A stretch of DNA of 64,000 nt from Polyangiales bacterium (GCA_036382515.1 DASVHQ010000009.1:28260-92259); one strand, 5' to 3'; counted from the first letter of the stretch, positions 9,153 to 19,936 are shown. Program-made: numbers and translations. The notes: generated from the sequence alone by a model not told the origin.

Positions 9153-9643
9153 CAGATCCTCCTACGATGACGGGCATGCGCGTGGGCAGCCCGCCGCCTG
9201 TGGTACAGGCTCGCACCCGAGCCCACCACGTATCCCGCGCGCAATATACGCAGAAACACTTGCCAAGGCGACCAGCAACGCACGGGTGACCGGGTCGACG
9301 TTTTTCCGTGCAAACGCGCTGCGCGGTCGCGATCCGGGGCGCATGTCTGGTCGTGCTGACATCCGGCCCTGGACGCCGCGCGGCCGAGTCTATTCATATG
9401 CTCGCCTCCCTACATTGGCGCCGTGGCCTCGCCCATGCGCACTGCCGGCCTCGCAACTGCTGCATCGATTGCCGGCGCTCGGCCGGTTCCGCCCTACTTT
9501 GCTGCACTGCTTGAGCTTGCACGCCGTAGCCCAAGCTGCGGCACGGCAGGTCCTTGGCTGCCGGACCCGCGGCGCGTCGGTGTTCGCGCAATCCGCCAGC
9601 TGCCTCCGCATATGGGAACCTCGAGCCTACGCTCCAAACGCGC

Positions 9644-10812
9644 ATGACCCAGGCGGATCCACCGACGCAGGGCGAACTCGTGGCTGGCCGTTACCGACTG
9701 CAACACGAGCTGGCACGGGGCAGGGTCGGCGTGGTGTACCGCGCGCACGACGTCTCGACCGGGCACGAAGTCGCGTTCAAGCGGTTGCTCGACAGCGCCG
9801 CGCACAGCGCGCGCATCACGGCGCTCTTCGAGCGTGAATACCGAACACTCGCGCGCATGAAGCTCGCTCGGCATGTGGGACGTGTTGTACGCGGAGGTCT
9901 CGATCGCCGCAGGCGATCCGTTGCGTGCGAAGCAGGCGCTGGAGCATGCGCTCGGAAGTGTCGCGATGCGCAACGAAGGTTTCTCCACGATTCGCGCTAA
10001 CCTCGAGATTCATCTGGCGCGGGCCGACTCGGAGTTCGGGGAGCACGCGGCCGCGATCGCACGTATCGACCGACTGATGGAACAGCTGCGGGACGCCGAT
10101 CAGGCTGTGAATCGGTTTCCTGCATGAGACACGGGCCCTTGTCGCAGCGCGGGCGGGCGATGCGGGTCGACGCAGTGCGCATGTGGAACTGATGCGGCAG
10201 TGGTACGCGCTCACTCGACACCCTTCTCTGCTGATGCGCGCCCAGCGCGTCGCCGACACGCTGCACGAGCTGCCGACCCGCGCGCAGGCGGTCGCGTCAG
10301 CCCCCAGCGCCGAACAGGAAACCGTCACGCGCGTCACGACCCAACGACAGGTCGCGGGGATCGAGGCCGTGTTCGACGACTGCAAGAACGCCGAGGAACG
10401 TGCGGCTCGCGCGCTGCACATCATCGTCGAGCAATCAGCCGGCACGGCGGGGCACCTGTACGTCGCGAAGCACGGCAGGTTGCGCCTCACGGCGACGCTC
10501 GAGGCTCAGGAACCCAGCGACGAGGTCGAGCGCATGCTGCAAGAATGCCTCGACCAGGCGCAATCGGCCGACCTGTCCGCGACGCCGACAGATACACGCG
10601 CGCCCGCCGAGCTTGCCGTGATCTCGAGCGGTGGCGAAGCCGGTCCGGACGATGACCGATATGCCGCTATCATGCTGCGCACCGGCGGACGCGAGAAGAA
10701 GTTCGTCGGAGCGGTCGCGCTGCGCGTGGGCAGCGAGCTGCCGCGCCCGGTGCGCAAGGGTATGCTGGAGATCATCGCGCGCCACGTGGCCCCGGAGCTC
10801 GACGACGTATAG
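9644..10812 (+). pseudogene. relic of a large Ser/Thr protein kinase (N-lobe stub, TPR-like piece, C-terminal GAF-like piece in three frames)
   Basis: ATG 9644: GRYRLQHELARGRVGVVYRAHDVSTGHEVAFKRL...LFEREYRTLARMKL, then similarity breaks at ~9860. ORF 9873..10127 (a different frame) is helical-repeat-like. ORF 10183..10812 (third frame) is the C-terminal domain. The catalytic loop and most of the protein are absent. Confidence 0.6.
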
Positions 10813-10838
10813 CGCCGACACACAGCGTGAGCCTGACC

Positions 10839-13800
10839 TCAGTGAAAGTCACGGCTACCAGACCGTGTCGGAGTTCGCGTGGTCTCGGGCAGCCAGAACT
10901 CCTCTGCCACCAGGTGCACGACGCCATCCTGCGCCTGAATCTTGCCCGTCACGCCGAGAAACGAGCTGGTGCGTGCGAGCAGCGCATACGCGTCGAACAC
11001 GCTCTTCCACAACACGATGTTCGCGAAACCCGTTTCGTCTTCGAGCGTCATGAACGTCACGCCCCCCGCCGTTCCCGGACGTTGGCGACAAATCACCAAG
11101 CCCGCGTACCGAACGCGTGATCCGTCGGGGGAGCTAGCCAGCTCACTTGCATCCGGTAACCCTTGCGCACGCAACTCTTCGCGCAGCACGGCGAGCGGAT
11201 GCGCCCGAGCGCTGTGACTCATCGCACCGTAGTCCCAGGCGATTTGCTCGATGGGCAAGAGCGGCACGAAGCGCGCACGACCAGGCCCGAGCGCAACTGC
11301 CAGCGGCACCTCTCGATCTCGCGACAGCCCACGCACCGTCCACAGCGCTTTCCGACGCGATCGACCGAAGCACTCGAACGCCCCGGCCTGTGCCAGTGCC
11401 GAAAGATCTTTGGCGTCCAGCTCCGCGCGCCGCACGAAGTCTTCGAGGGAGACGATCTCACCCTGCTGCTGTGCGTTTTCGATGTGGGCGCGCTGCACGC
11501 TGCCGAGACCCTTCACGTAACGCAAGCCCATGCGCACGTCAGGGCCCTCCAGCGTGCAATCCCAGCGGCTTGCACGCACGTCGACCGAACGAATCACGAG
11601 ACCGTGTCGCTTGGCGTCGTCGACGATGGTCGCAGGCGCGTAGAAGCCCATGGGCTGTGCATTGAGCAAGCTGCACGTGAACTCCGGCAGATGGTGGCAG
11701 CGCAGGTACGCAGTGGCATATGCGATGAGCGCAAAGCTCGCGGCATGACTCTCCGGAAAGCCGTACTCACCGAAGCCCAGGATCTGCTTGAACACGCGTT
11801 CTGCGAATTCGAGGGGTATGCCTTTTTGCTGCATGCGTTGCAGCAGACGTTCCTTGTGTGACTCGATGCGCCCGGTCTTTCGCCAGGCCGCCATGTCGCG
11901 TCGCAGCTGATCGGCCTCGCCGGGCGTGTAATCCGCAGCCACCACGGCAAGGCGCATCACTTGCTCCTGGAAGAGCGGCACACCCTTGGTCTTTTCGAGC
12001 ACGGGGATCAAACACTCGTGCGGGTAGCTGACCGGCTCTTCGCCACTTCGACGCCGCAGATAGGGATGCACCATGCCACCGGTGATGGGCCCGGGCCGCA
12101 CGATGCTGACTTCGACGACCAGGTCGTAAAAATTGGCAGGCTTGAGCCTCGGCAACATCGCCATCTGCGCGCGGCTTTCGATCTGAAACACGCCCACGGT
12201 GTCGGCACGCTGGATCATGCTGAACGTTTCGGCATCGGCATCTGGAATCGTGGCCATGGAAAGCTCGAGGCCGTGCTGCTGCCGCAAGAGGTCGAAACAC
12301 TTGTGAAGCTGGGTGAGCGCACCGAGGCCTAGCAAGTCCACCTTGAAGAGACCGATCGCCTCGACGTCGTCCTTGTCCCACTGGATCACGGTGCGGCCGT
12401 GCATGGCGCCGTTTTCGATAGGCACCAGATCGTGCACGGGCTCGTGGCCGAGCAAGAAGCCACCCGGATGGATCGAGAGGTGTCTTGGAAAATCGAGGAT
12501 CTCCTCGCTCAGCGAAAGCAGGCGCGAGTGCACGGGCGCGTCGAGATCGAAGCCTGCCAGCTGCAACGTCTGCGCCTCGGCCTTGTCCCAGTGCGAAAGC
12601 AGCTTGGCCAGACGGTCGAGCGAGGTCTCCGGTAGACCCAGCGCTCTACCCACGTCACGCACCGCCGAGCGCGAGCGATAACGAATCACGTTGGCGACCA
12701 TGGCCGCGTGCGTGCGCCCGTATTTTTCGTAGACGTGCTGGATGACTTCCTCGCGACGCTCGTGCTCGATGTCGAGATCGATGTCGGGCGGTTCAGCCCG
12801 CTCCACCGACAAAAACCGCTCGAAGAGCAGGCCCATGCGCACCGGATCGATGGCGGTGATGGTCAGGCAGTAACAGACCACCGAATTGGCGGCAGAACCG
12901 CGACCCTGACACAGGATGCCCTGCGTACGGCAGAATTCCACGATCTCCCACATCGTCAGGAAGTAGCCGCAGTAGTCGAGCTGCTCGATCACCGCGAGCT
13001 CCTTGTCGAGCTGAACGAGCACGGAAGCCGGTAGCTGCGCACCGTAGCGCTTCACGGCCCCGCATGCGACCAGCGTGCGCAACCACTGCGCCGAGGTATT
13101 CCCATCCGGCAAGCGCTCGGAGGGGTAGCGATAGCGCAGCTCACTCATCGAAAACTCGCAGCGCGCAGCGACTTCGTCACAGCGTTCGAGCAGCGCGGGG
13201 TCGTCCGCGAAGAGCGCCGCCATGGCGTGCGGCGTCTTGAGCGCATGCTCGGCGTTGGGTTTCAGCAACGTGCGTGCCTGCGACAGGGTCACCCCGTGCC
13301 GGATGCAAGTGAGTACGTCTTGCAAGGGCCGACGTGCTGGCAAGTGATAGAGCACTTCGACCGCGGCCAACAGCGGCACGCCATGGCGTACGGCGCGCTC
13401 GCGCAGCAACGCTTCGGTCTGCGGCTCCGAGGCGCGGAAGTGTCGAGCCACCATGGCATAAAGCCGGTCGCCAAACGCCTGCAAGAGCAGGCCGGCAATC
13501 GCGCTCGGGTCCGTACGCCCCACGAGCAAGCTACGCTCTCCGCCCCACAGAGCGATCAATCCCGCCGCATGCTCACAAATCTCGCCCCACGAAACGGAAC
13601 TCTTACCCTTTTCGTGCCGCAATCGTCCCTTGGTGATGAGTCGGCACAGATTTGCGTAACCTTGCCGGCTCTGCGCGAGCAGCACGAGCGTGGAGCCGTC
13701 TTCGAGCGTGAGCTCGGAGCCCACGATCAACTTGATGCCGAGCTCGCGGGCCTTGAGATGTGCACGCACGCTACCGTAGACGCCGTCCCGATCGGTGATG

Positions 13801-13913
13801 GCGATCGCGGGCAAGCCCAACCGCTGTGCTTCCAGCACCAGCTCGTCGGGATGGCTCGCACCCTCCAGGAACGAGAAGTTGGTCTTGCACCACAGCGCGG
13901 CACGGGCTCGCAT
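10839..13913 (-). CDS. dnaE2: error-prone DNA polymerase III alpha subunit DnaE2 (ImuC)
   Basis: ORF 10839..13970 trimmed to ATG 13913 ([28 protein letters not shown]-domain N-terminus). ATGA overlap with the imuB stop. About 1024 aa. Last gene of the lexA-imuA-imuB cassette. Confidence 0.9.
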   Translation of the reverse strand: MRARAALWCKTNFSFLEGASHPDELVLEAQRLGLPAIAITDRDGVYGSVRAHLKARELGIKLIVGSELTLEDGSTLVLLAQSRQGYANLCRLITKGRLRHEKGKSSVSWGEICEHAAGLIALWGGERSLLVGRTDPSAIAGLLLQAFGDRLYAMVARHFRASEPQTEALLRERAVRHGVPLLAAVEVLYHLPARRPLQDVLTCIRHGVTLSQARTLLKPNAEHALKTPHAMAALFADDPALLERCDEVAARCEFSMSELRYRYPSERLPDGNTSAQWLRTLVACGAVKRYGAQLPASVLVQLDKELAVIEQLDYCGYFLTMWEIVEFCRTQGILCQGRGSAANSVVCYCLTITAIDPVRMGLLFERFLSVERAEPPDIDLDIEHERREEVIQHVYEKYGRTHAAMVANVIRYRSRSAVRDVGRALGLPETSLDRLAKLLSHWDKAEAQTLQLAGFDLDAPVHSRLLSLSEEILDFPRHLSIHPGGFLLGHEPVHDLVPIENGAMHGRTVIQWDKDDVEAIGLFKVDLLGLGALTQLHKCFDLLRQQHGLELSMATIPDADAETFSMIQRADTVGVFQIESRAQMAMLPRLKPANFYDLVVEVSIVRPGPITGGMVHPYLRRRSGEEPVSYPHECLIPVLEKTKGVPLFQEQVMRLAVVAADYTPGEADQLRRDMAAWRKTGRIESHKERLLQRMQQKGIPLEFAERVFKQILGFGEYGFPESHAASFALIAYATAYLRCHHLPEFTCSLLNAQPMGFYAPATIVDDAKRHGLVIRSVDVRASRWDCTLEGPDVRMGLRYVKGLGSVQRAHIENAQQQGEIVSLEDFVRRAELDAKDLSALAQAGAFECFGRSRRKALWTVRGLSRDREVPLAVALGPGRARFVPLLPIEQIAWDYGAMSHSARAHPLAVLREELRAQGLPDASELASSPDGSRVRYAGLVICRQRPGTAGGVTFMTLEDETGFANIVLWKSVFDAYALLARTSSFLGVTGKIQAQDGVVHLVAEEFWLPETTRTPTRSGSRDFH

Positions 13914-15490
13914 CAGCACACCTCGCCGTGCAAGCAAAGCCGTCTGCGCTGCCGGTCGTGATAGACCCACAACAAGTCACCGCGGCGCGTGAGCACGAAC
14001 TGGTATTCGCGATGCGCTTCGCGCAACCACCACCCCCCTGACACGATGTAAGGCCCTGCGAGGTGGGTCACGGGGCCGTACGTGGCGCCGGCGATCAACC
14101 AGCCGTCATCGCGCAGATGGCGCGCTGGCGCCGAGAGCTTCAGCGGCTTGCTGAACACCCGGCGAATCAAGGGACGCCGCTCGAGCGACGCGGCCGCGCT
14201 TTCTTCGTAAGCCACCGTAGGCAGACGCACGATGCGTGTCTGCGCAACCACCCGCCTCGGAAGCTTCACCTCGCGGAGCGGCTGCCAGATGAAGCTCGCT
14301 TCGGGCAAATGCCCTGGTGACAAATGCGCCTGCACCACGGCGTCTTCGCCCAACTCGGCGCGCAGACGTGCCAGCGCGCGATTGGCAGCGGCGAGGTCGC
14401 GACGTGGTTGCTCCACGAACACGCGTAGCTGCTCGGGCGTGGTCGGCGCCCCGCTGGCTTCGAGCGTGATCTCGATGATGCCCGCTTCCAGCGAGAGTGT
14501 TTCGAGGCGCAGCCGCACGATATCCATGAGCTGCACGACATCGAGCGTTGGCACCGCCGGCCGTAGCACCTCGGGGCCGAGCACACCCTGGGCACGGTCC
14601 AGCTTGCAGGTGATCGACAACGCGGCCAGTGCCTCGGCGCGCAACACCAGCTGCGGCAAGAGCGCATCGAGCAAGCGTTTCACGATAAAGAGCAGGCGCG
14701 TGGCGTCGCTCTCGGCCTCTTCGAGATTTTCGTGCTGGACGAGCGGTTCAAGCCACGGACTGGGCGTGAACGGCAACAAGAGCTCGAGCGCGGCCAGTTG
14801 ATGGATGCGATACGCATTCTTTCCGAAGCGAGCCAGGAGTCCCGTTGCTGGCAGCTGCAACAAGCCATCGACCGTTCGCACGCCGAGCTTGTCGAGCACG
14901 TCGCAAAACTCGGGCTCGATGTCGAGCAACGAGAGCGGCACGCCAGCCAGCGCCAATCGTTCTTCCTTGGCCTCCTCGAAAACGCGCACCGCTCGATACG
15001 CACGCGCCACGGCATATGTTCCGAAACGGGAAAATCCCACGACGATGCTGGCAACGAAGTCTTGCGCCAAAAGCGTTGTGCGCAACTCGCCCGCCCAGCG
15101 CACGAGCTTCGGATAGAGCCGCCCTAGCCCACTGGCATCCAGCCAGAACACGCCCTGCCCGGCGGCCCGCTCACCTGCCGCACTTGCATCGGCCACCTCG
15201 ACGTGCGGAGAAAACTTCCAGAGCAGCGTCTTGAGCTCTGTCAGCGCCGCTTGCACCTCGGCTTCGGCCACGACGTCTGCACGCAAGCCTCGCGCGAGCG
15301 AGAGCGCGACCGCATAACTCTGACCCACGCGCGCGCCGGCACGCCGTGCCTGCTGATTGGTCCACAACACCACACCCTGGGGCCGGTCCTCGCTCACCAC
15401 GGCGACCGGCCAGCCGCGCCACTCTCGTTTGCGTCGCAACAAGAGCTGTAGCGGCAGCGCTCCGACGCTAACGCAAGCCCAGCGGTCCAC
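13913..15490 (-). CDS. imuB: ImuB, Y-family polymerase-like protein
   Basis: N-terminus [18 protein letters not shown]. 525 aa. Located between imuA and dnaE2. Confidence 0.85.
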   Translation of the reverse strand: MDRWACVSVGALPLQLLLRRKREWRGWPVAVVSEDRPQGVVLWTNQQARRAGARVGQSYAVALSLARGLRADVVAEAEVQAALTELKTLLWKFSPHVEVADASAAGERAAGQGVFWLDASGLGRLYPKLVRWAGELRTTLLAQDFVASIVVGFSRFGTYAVARAYRAVRVFEEAKEERLALAGVPLSLLDIEPEFCDVLDKLGVRTVDGLLQLPATGLLARFGKNAYRIHQLAALELLLPFTPSPWLEPLVQHENLEEAESDATRLLFIVKRLLDALLPQLVLRAEALAALSITCKLDRAQGVLGPEVLRPAVPTLDVVQLMDIVRLRLETLSLEAGIIEITLEASGAPTTPEQLRVFVEQPRRDLAAANRALARLRAELGEDAVVQAHLSPGHLPEASFIWQPLREVKLPRRVVAQTRIVRLPTVAYEESAAASLERRPLIRRVFSKPLKLSAPARHLRDDGWLIAGATYGPVTHLAGPYIVSGGWWLREAHREYQFVLTRRGDLLWVYHDRQRRRLCLHGEVC

Positions 15491-16109
15491 GGCACACCTC
15501 GCTCTGCGACCAGGTCGGGCCTCGACGTTTGTCTTTCAATACGTGCAGCTCACACTCGAAACGATCTCGGGCGAGCCACTTGCGACGCGCTTGCGCGCGC
15601 AGCGACACGAGCGAGCCGAGCGACGGCGCCTCCTCGTGTTTTTCGGTCAAGCACAGCAGCGCGCTCTGATGTCGCTGTGCGAGCCCCAGCAAGCGCGTTT
15701 GCAGGGGCTGTGCGAGCGATACGTCTTTGCCCAGATCGATCACGACCAGACCAAAAGCCCCCGAACGCAGCAGCCGTTCGGCTGCCACGGCGAGCTGCGC
15801 GTGGATACGCGCGCCGCTGCTCGCACGCACGCGAATCACCACCAGGGCTGCGAGATCCACGCCGCTCTCCTCGACGTCCGGCGGATAGAACGAGCTGCTG
15901 TCGCTGGTCACCCACGCCACGGGCTCGCCCTGCCGCTGCGCATCGAGCACGAGACCTATCGCCAGCGTGAGCACCGCCGATGCGCCTTCGCCCGAAAGCT
16001 CGACGAAGCGACCCGCAAGCTCTGCGAGGCAGAAGCGCGCTGCCAGTGGTGATTGAAGACGCGTCGTCGCGCCGCGCACGACGTGCGCAGCCTGGGATGG
16101 CTTGGTCAT
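15468..16109 (-). CDS. imuA: ImuA (RecA/SulA-like translesion synthesis factor)
   Basis: 213 aa. LAELAGRFVELSG...VAWV...GLVVIDL pattern. Starts 8 nt after lexA and overlaps the imuB start. Confidence 0.8.
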   Translation of the reverse strand: MTKPSQAAHVVRGATTRLQSPLAARFCLAELAGRFVELSGEGASAVLTLAIGLVLDAQRQGEPVAWVTSDSSSFYPPDVEESGVDLAALVVIRVRASSGARIHAQLAVAAERLLRSGAFGLVVIDLGKDVSLAQPLQTRLLGLAQRHQSALLCLTEKHEEAPSLGSLVSLRAQARRKWLARDRFECELHVLKDKRRGPTWSQSEVCRGPLGLR

Positions 16110-16117
16110 GACTTGCC

Positions 16118-16753
16118 CTACTCCGGCGTTTGAATCAGCGGCGTTTCCAGGTAACGCCGCACTTCGATCACTTTGCCAAGCAACGTGACGGCCTCGGCTG
16201 AGCGCACGATCACGTCGAAGTCGGGGTTTTCAGGGTGCAGCTCGATGCGCCCACGCGGCCCCTTGCGCAAGCGCTTGACGGTGGCCTCGTCGTCGACGAG
16301 CGCGACCACGATGTCGCCGGTGCTCGCCTGCGACTGCCGCCGCACGATCACGAGGTCGCCCGACAAGATGCCGGCGTTCTGCATGCTCTGCCCGCGCACG
16401 CGCAGCGCAAAGAGCTCGGCATGGCCGCCACGCGCTTGCACGGACACCCACGCTTCCAGGTGCTCGACGGCCGTGGTGAGCGCACCGGCCTGCACGCGCC
16501 CGAGCAGTGGCACCAGCTGCGTGGGCACGACCCCAGCACGTTCCGGCAAGCGATAGCCGCGTGAACGCCCCGGCTCGTGCGTGAGCCGGCCCTCGGCGAC
16601 GAGCCCCGAGAGATGCTCGCGCGCCGTTTCGACCGCACGAAAGCCGAATGCAGCTTGAATCTCACGCACGGTCGGCGGCTGACCTTGCAGCAGCCGCTCG
16701 CGCACGAAGCGATACACGCTCTGCCGAGTTTGACCGGTAGGAGTGCGTGACAT
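16118..16753 (-). CDS. lexA: LexA repressor
   Basis: N-terminal wHTH (TVREIQAAFGFRAVETAREHL), Ala-Gly cleavage site (RVQAGAL), and catalytic Ser (GQSM) and Lys (VKRL). Confidence 0.9.
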   Translation of the reverse strand: MSRTPTGQTRQSVYRFVRERLLQGQPPTVREIQAAFGFRAVETAREHLSGLVAEGRLTHEPGRSRGYRLPERAGVVPTQLVPLLGRVQAGALTTAVEHLEAWVSVQARGGHAELFALRVRGQSMQNAGILSGDLVIVRRQSQASTGDIVVALVDDEATVKRLRKGPRGRIELHPENPDFDVIVRSAEAVTLLGKVIEVRRYLETPLIQTPE

Positions 16754-16766
16754 GGCAAGATTCTAA

Positions 16767-17099
16767 TTACCAGACATATGTCTGGTATGCAACCGGGGCA
16801 GCGCAGGCATCTCTGGATCTGCTGGCACGGGCACCGGCACGGGCGGCGCGGGCGCATCCGGGAGCACGGCGGGCACCGGTGTGACGAATCAACCGGCGGG
16901 CACCGGCGCGGCGGGCACGGGAGCCGGCACATCCGGAGCTGCAGGCACCGACGCTAGCGGCGCCGGTCCGACATCCAGCACGCCGCAGTCCAAGAACAGC
17001 AGCAGCTGCGCCGCCGCCAATGGCGGCAGCACACCGGGAGCGTTAGCTCCGGTCGCCGGTGTCCTCTTCGCTCTTGCGTATCGACGACGTCGCCGCTGA
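16767..17099 (+). pseudogene. 5'-truncated relic of a MYXO-CTERM-anchored surface protein
   Basis: Open frame from the stop at 16764-16766. Low-complexity G/A/T/S tract, then SSSCAAANGGSTPGALAPVAGVLFALAYRRRRR (Cys + hydrophobic helix + Arg cluster, a MYXO-CTERM-type sorting tail). No signal peptide and no ATG; the only start in the ORF track is GTG 16881. Confidence 0.45.
16768..16787. promoter_or_regulatory. perfect 20-bp palindrome TACCAGACATATGTCTGGTA, a candidate LexA operator inside the lexA promoter
   Basis: Lies 15-34 nt upstream of the lexA ATG. On the minus strand it reads TTGCAT-(17 nt)-TAATTA, with the palindrome filling the spacer. A TAGAAT hexamer lies 6 nt before the ATG, which implies a very short or absent leader. 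Confidence 0.5.
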
Positions 17100-17105
17100 G
17101 CGCGC

Positions 17106-17621
17106 TCAGGCCGCGCAGAACACGCCGCGCGGATGCGACATGCGCTTGGGATGGACCAGTGGGAACACCGGCTCGTGCCAGAGCGTGACCACCTTGCTCA
17201 CCTGCACGGCCGCCGGCCTGGGTTCGTCGTGACGGCGCTCGTCGGCCGTGCGCAAGCGGCGCAGCGGCACTGGCGGCGGAAGGCCCGCCAGACGAGTCAA
17301 AAGCTCGTCTCGCGAACACTTCTCGAAGTACGTGAAGTCCAGGCCAACGCAGTAGCCGGGGTCACCCGGCCGAAGACCTTCGATGATGCGAGCTACGCGT
17401 GCTTCGGCGTCGAGCCACGGCGCATCCATGCCGGGCGCCTTGAAGCTCACGACCACCTCGTCGCCGAGGCGTGTAGGACCGTCGCAGGCGATCAGCATGC
17501 CGCGCGGGGACAGATCCAGCGTCCGGTCGCCCAGCAGCCGGAACTCCTGCATGCCCACGGCATGACAGTGGGTGCGCACGGCACGGCGTACGGCACGGCG
17601 ATTAAAGGTGCTCTCCAGCAT
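17106..17621 (-). CDS. PilZ-domain protein
   Basis: ORF 17106..17678 trimmed to MLESTF. RRAVRRAVR (RxxxR) and DLSPRGM (DxSxxG) c-di-GMP-binding motifs. Confidence 0.65.
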   Translation of the reverse strand: MLESTFNRRAVRRAVRTHCHAVGMQEFRLLGDRTLDLSPRGMLIACDGPTRLGDEVVVSFKAPGMDAPWLDAEARVARIIEGLRPGDPGYCVGLDFTYFEKCSRDELLTRLAGLPPPVPLRRLRTADERRHDEPRPAAVQVSKVVTLWHEPVFPLVHPKRMSHPRGVFCAA

Positions 17622-17761
17622 GGTCCGCCTCCTCAACTTCGAATGATCAAGCCTACATCGCCCTACGTTGTGACCCAAATAATCGTCTCCTGGCTCGCCA
17701 AGTCACCACTCAAGTCCCAGAGAATTGCGCATACCATCCGAGACCCCCCGAGCTTCGTTCC

Positions 17762-18076
17762 GTGCCGCGAATCGTGGGCGGCCAGGACACTTCCGATGGC
17801 GCGGGCGTTCGCCTCAAGCGTGTCATCGGCACGCCCGGCTTCGATCACCTCGACCCGTTCTTGCTGCTGGACGATTTCAAGTCGGACGCCAGCGCCGACT
17901 ACCTCGCTGGTTTCCCTGACCATCCACATCGCGGCTTCGAGACCGTCACGTACATGCTCGCGGACAGCATGGGAGGCCTGGCGTTCATCGCCGCGCTGCG
18001 CGCGCTGCTCTCCGACTGGGAACACTCGGTGCCGCGCCGACCACCAGCCGCGGCACGCGTACCGAACAAGAGCTGA
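17762..18076 (+). pseudogene. pirin-family protein, N-terminal stub only
   Basis: SDGAGVRLKRVIG...LDPFLLLDDF...GFPDHPHRGFETVTYML matches the first cupin motif of pirins. Similarity ends at about 17965. The rest of the ORF is unrelated and the second cupin half is missing. Confidence 0.6.
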
Positions 18077-18100
18077 ACGCTCGGCGGCCCCACCGCAGAC

Positions 18101-18637
18101 TCACTGCACGACGGTGCGGCGCTTGCGAATCTCGACTCCACCACCCGCTGCACCGGCTTTCGCGTCGTGCAGGATGATCACCGACGCATCGTCGCTGCTG
18201 GCCGCATGCTTGTACGTGACCGCATAACAGGCGCGGTAGCCGGACTTGAACTCGAGCTTGGCGAGATCGGTGACGCAGGCACGGCACAGCGGCTCGTCGT
18301 GGCAGCGCTTCTCCAGTGTGTCCGGAGCGCAGCTGACGCTCACGTCCTTGGCGGAGAAGCCGCGCGCCATGGAGATGGTGCGACATGCGGCTTCGGGGAC
18401 GACCTTGGTCGAATCGCCACAGCTCAGCTTCACCGGGCTCTTGGCGGCCCTGGGGATCTGGTCGCCGGTCGCGCGGAAACCCGCGAGCTCGAGCGACTGT
18501 GCGCAACACTCGGCGGCCGTGAGCCCCATGCACGCGTCCTCGTGCGTCTCGAGCGCCATGCGACTGGCATGGCGGGTTTGCGCCGGGATCCACGTGATCA
18601 GCAACGCCAGAACTACCGTTGCAAGGCCCGTGTGCAT
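18101..18637 (-). CDS. secreted Cys-containing hypothetical protein
   Basis: 178 aa with an N-terminal hydrophobic signal (MHTGLATVVLALLITWIPA) and multiple paired Cys. No family recognised. Confidence 0.45.
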   Translation of the reverse strand: MHTGLATVVLALLITWIPAQTRHASRMALETHEDACMGLTAAECCAQSLELAGFRATGDQIPRAAKSPVKLSCGDSTKVVPEAACRTISMARGFSAKDVSVSCAPDTLEKRCHDEPLCRACVTDLAKLEFKSGYRACYAVTYKHAASSDDASVIILHDAKAGAAGGGVEIRKRRTVVQ

Positions 18638-18721
18638 CCACCCAACCTAGCTAGAGACGTGCGACCACGCAAAGTCCCAAGTCGTGGGCAATCCCGCGCG
18701 GCGCAGCCAAACGCCGGCAGC

Positions 18722-19936
18722 TCACGGAGCCACACAGACCATGTTCCAGCGCATGCCAGCCTGCTTGGGCCGGCACAGCTGCCCGCCGCAATCGGCCGAA
18801 GTGCAGCACAGCGTGTCTGCAGTCGTCGCGCTTTCTGGCTTGCAAATGCCCAGCCGGGCGGCCGCTGTGCCGGGCACGAGGATCGGCACGTCGGCGTAGG
18901 TACAGACCTGGCCGCTGTCACAGTCGGCGTTGCGGCCACATGGCCGGGCGCACACGCTGGTGTTCAAACACCAGCCCGACTTGCAGGCGATGGGGTCGAA
19001 CGGCGTGCAGACCTGGCCGCCCGAGGCGAGTCCGACCAGACGGCCACACATCCAGAACTGGGGCGTAGTAGTCGCCGCGGGGCTGAGGATGCAGTTGTCG
19101 GCGCCGCAAGCCATGTCCGTGTTGCACAGATCGCGACACACCCGCGAACAGAAGCCCGAAGCACACTCGGACGAATCGGAGCAGCGCGCGCCGCTTTTGG
19201 CCGTGCCGCGACTCACGACATTGGAGGGCAAACACACGTGGGCGCCAGAGCTTGCAGCTAAACAGGCCGAGCCTGCAGAGCAATCGGAATCGGAGCAACA
19301 GGCCGTGGCGCAACGGGCGTCGGTCAGGCTCACTGCCAAACCGAAATCGCCGGGTTTCATGCAGAAACCGCCTTCACACTCGGTGTCGGCCTTGCAGCCG
19401 CTGCCGACAGGCAGCGGCGCGATGCACTGCCCGGTCGCGGTATCGCAGCTCAACGTGCCCGCACAGCTTCCAACGGTGCAGCTCTGCGCCTGCTTGCACT
19501 CGGGCAGCTCGTCGACCATGCCGTTGCAGTCGTTGTCCTTGCCGTCGCAGATCTCGATCGCGATGCTCCCAGCCTTTCCATCCAGCGATTGCGGTCCGTT
19601 GGGGTGGATGGTCGGATCCGTATCCACGCAGTCGGCCAGCGCTACCACGCCACCGCCGCACCAGGTGTAGCCGTCGCCGTCTTGGTCGTGGCCTTCGTCG
19701 ATCAGACCGTCACAGTCGTCGTCGACACCGTTGCAGTCTTCACGCGTCCCAGCGCAGGCCTGACACACGCCGGAGACACAGTGCATGCCCGAATCGCCGC
19801 ATGGGTCGGTGCTCTGCACGCCGGGCGTGATCTCGCACTTGATCAACTGCGAGCCAGGATCCACCAAGATGCTGCACGAGCCCAGGACCAGAGCAAGCGC
19901 GGCTGCAGCCGCTCGACAGGCCCTTAGTTCACGCAT
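18722..19936 (-). CDS. Cys-rich lipoprotein with MopE-like putative metal-binding repeats
   Basis: Trimmed to MRELRACRAAAAALALVLGSC (lipobox). Repeats CNGVDDDCDGLIDEG and CDGKDNDCNGMVDE, followed by CxxDxDC-type repeats. Confidence 0.7.
   Translation of the reverse strand: MRELRACRAAAAALALVLGSCSILVDPGSQLIKCEITPGVQSTDPCGDSGMHCVSGVCQACAGTREDCNGVDDDCDGLIDEGHDQDGDGYTWCGGGVVALADCVDTDPTIHPNGPQSLDGKAGSIAIEICDGKDNDCNGMVDELPECKQAQSCTVGSCAGTLSCDTATGQCIAPLPVGSGCKADTECEGGFCMKPGDFGLAVSLTDARCATACCSDSDCSAGSACLAASSGAHVCLPSNVVSRGTAKSGARCSDSSECASGFCSRVCRDLCNTDMACGADNCILSPAATTTPQFWMCGRLVGLASGGQVCTPFDPIACKSGWCLNTSVCARPCGRNADCDSGQVCTYADVPILVPGTAAARLGICKPESATTADTLCCTSADCGGQLCRPKQAGMRWNMVCVAP

Noticed and set aside
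9342-9351. 9-nt match (ATGTCTGGT) to one half of the lexA-promoter palindrome
   Set aside because: Only a half-site is present, with no inverted partner, and it sits upstream of a pseudogene. It is compatible with chance.
16800-16960. Repetitive GGCACCGGC/GCGGGC-rich tract examined as a possible CRISPR or minisatellite
   Set aside because: The units are irregular, with no spacer-repeat periodicity. The tract is the in-frame G/A/T/S linker of the MYXO-CTERM relic. No CRISPR array or cas genes occur anywhere in the window.
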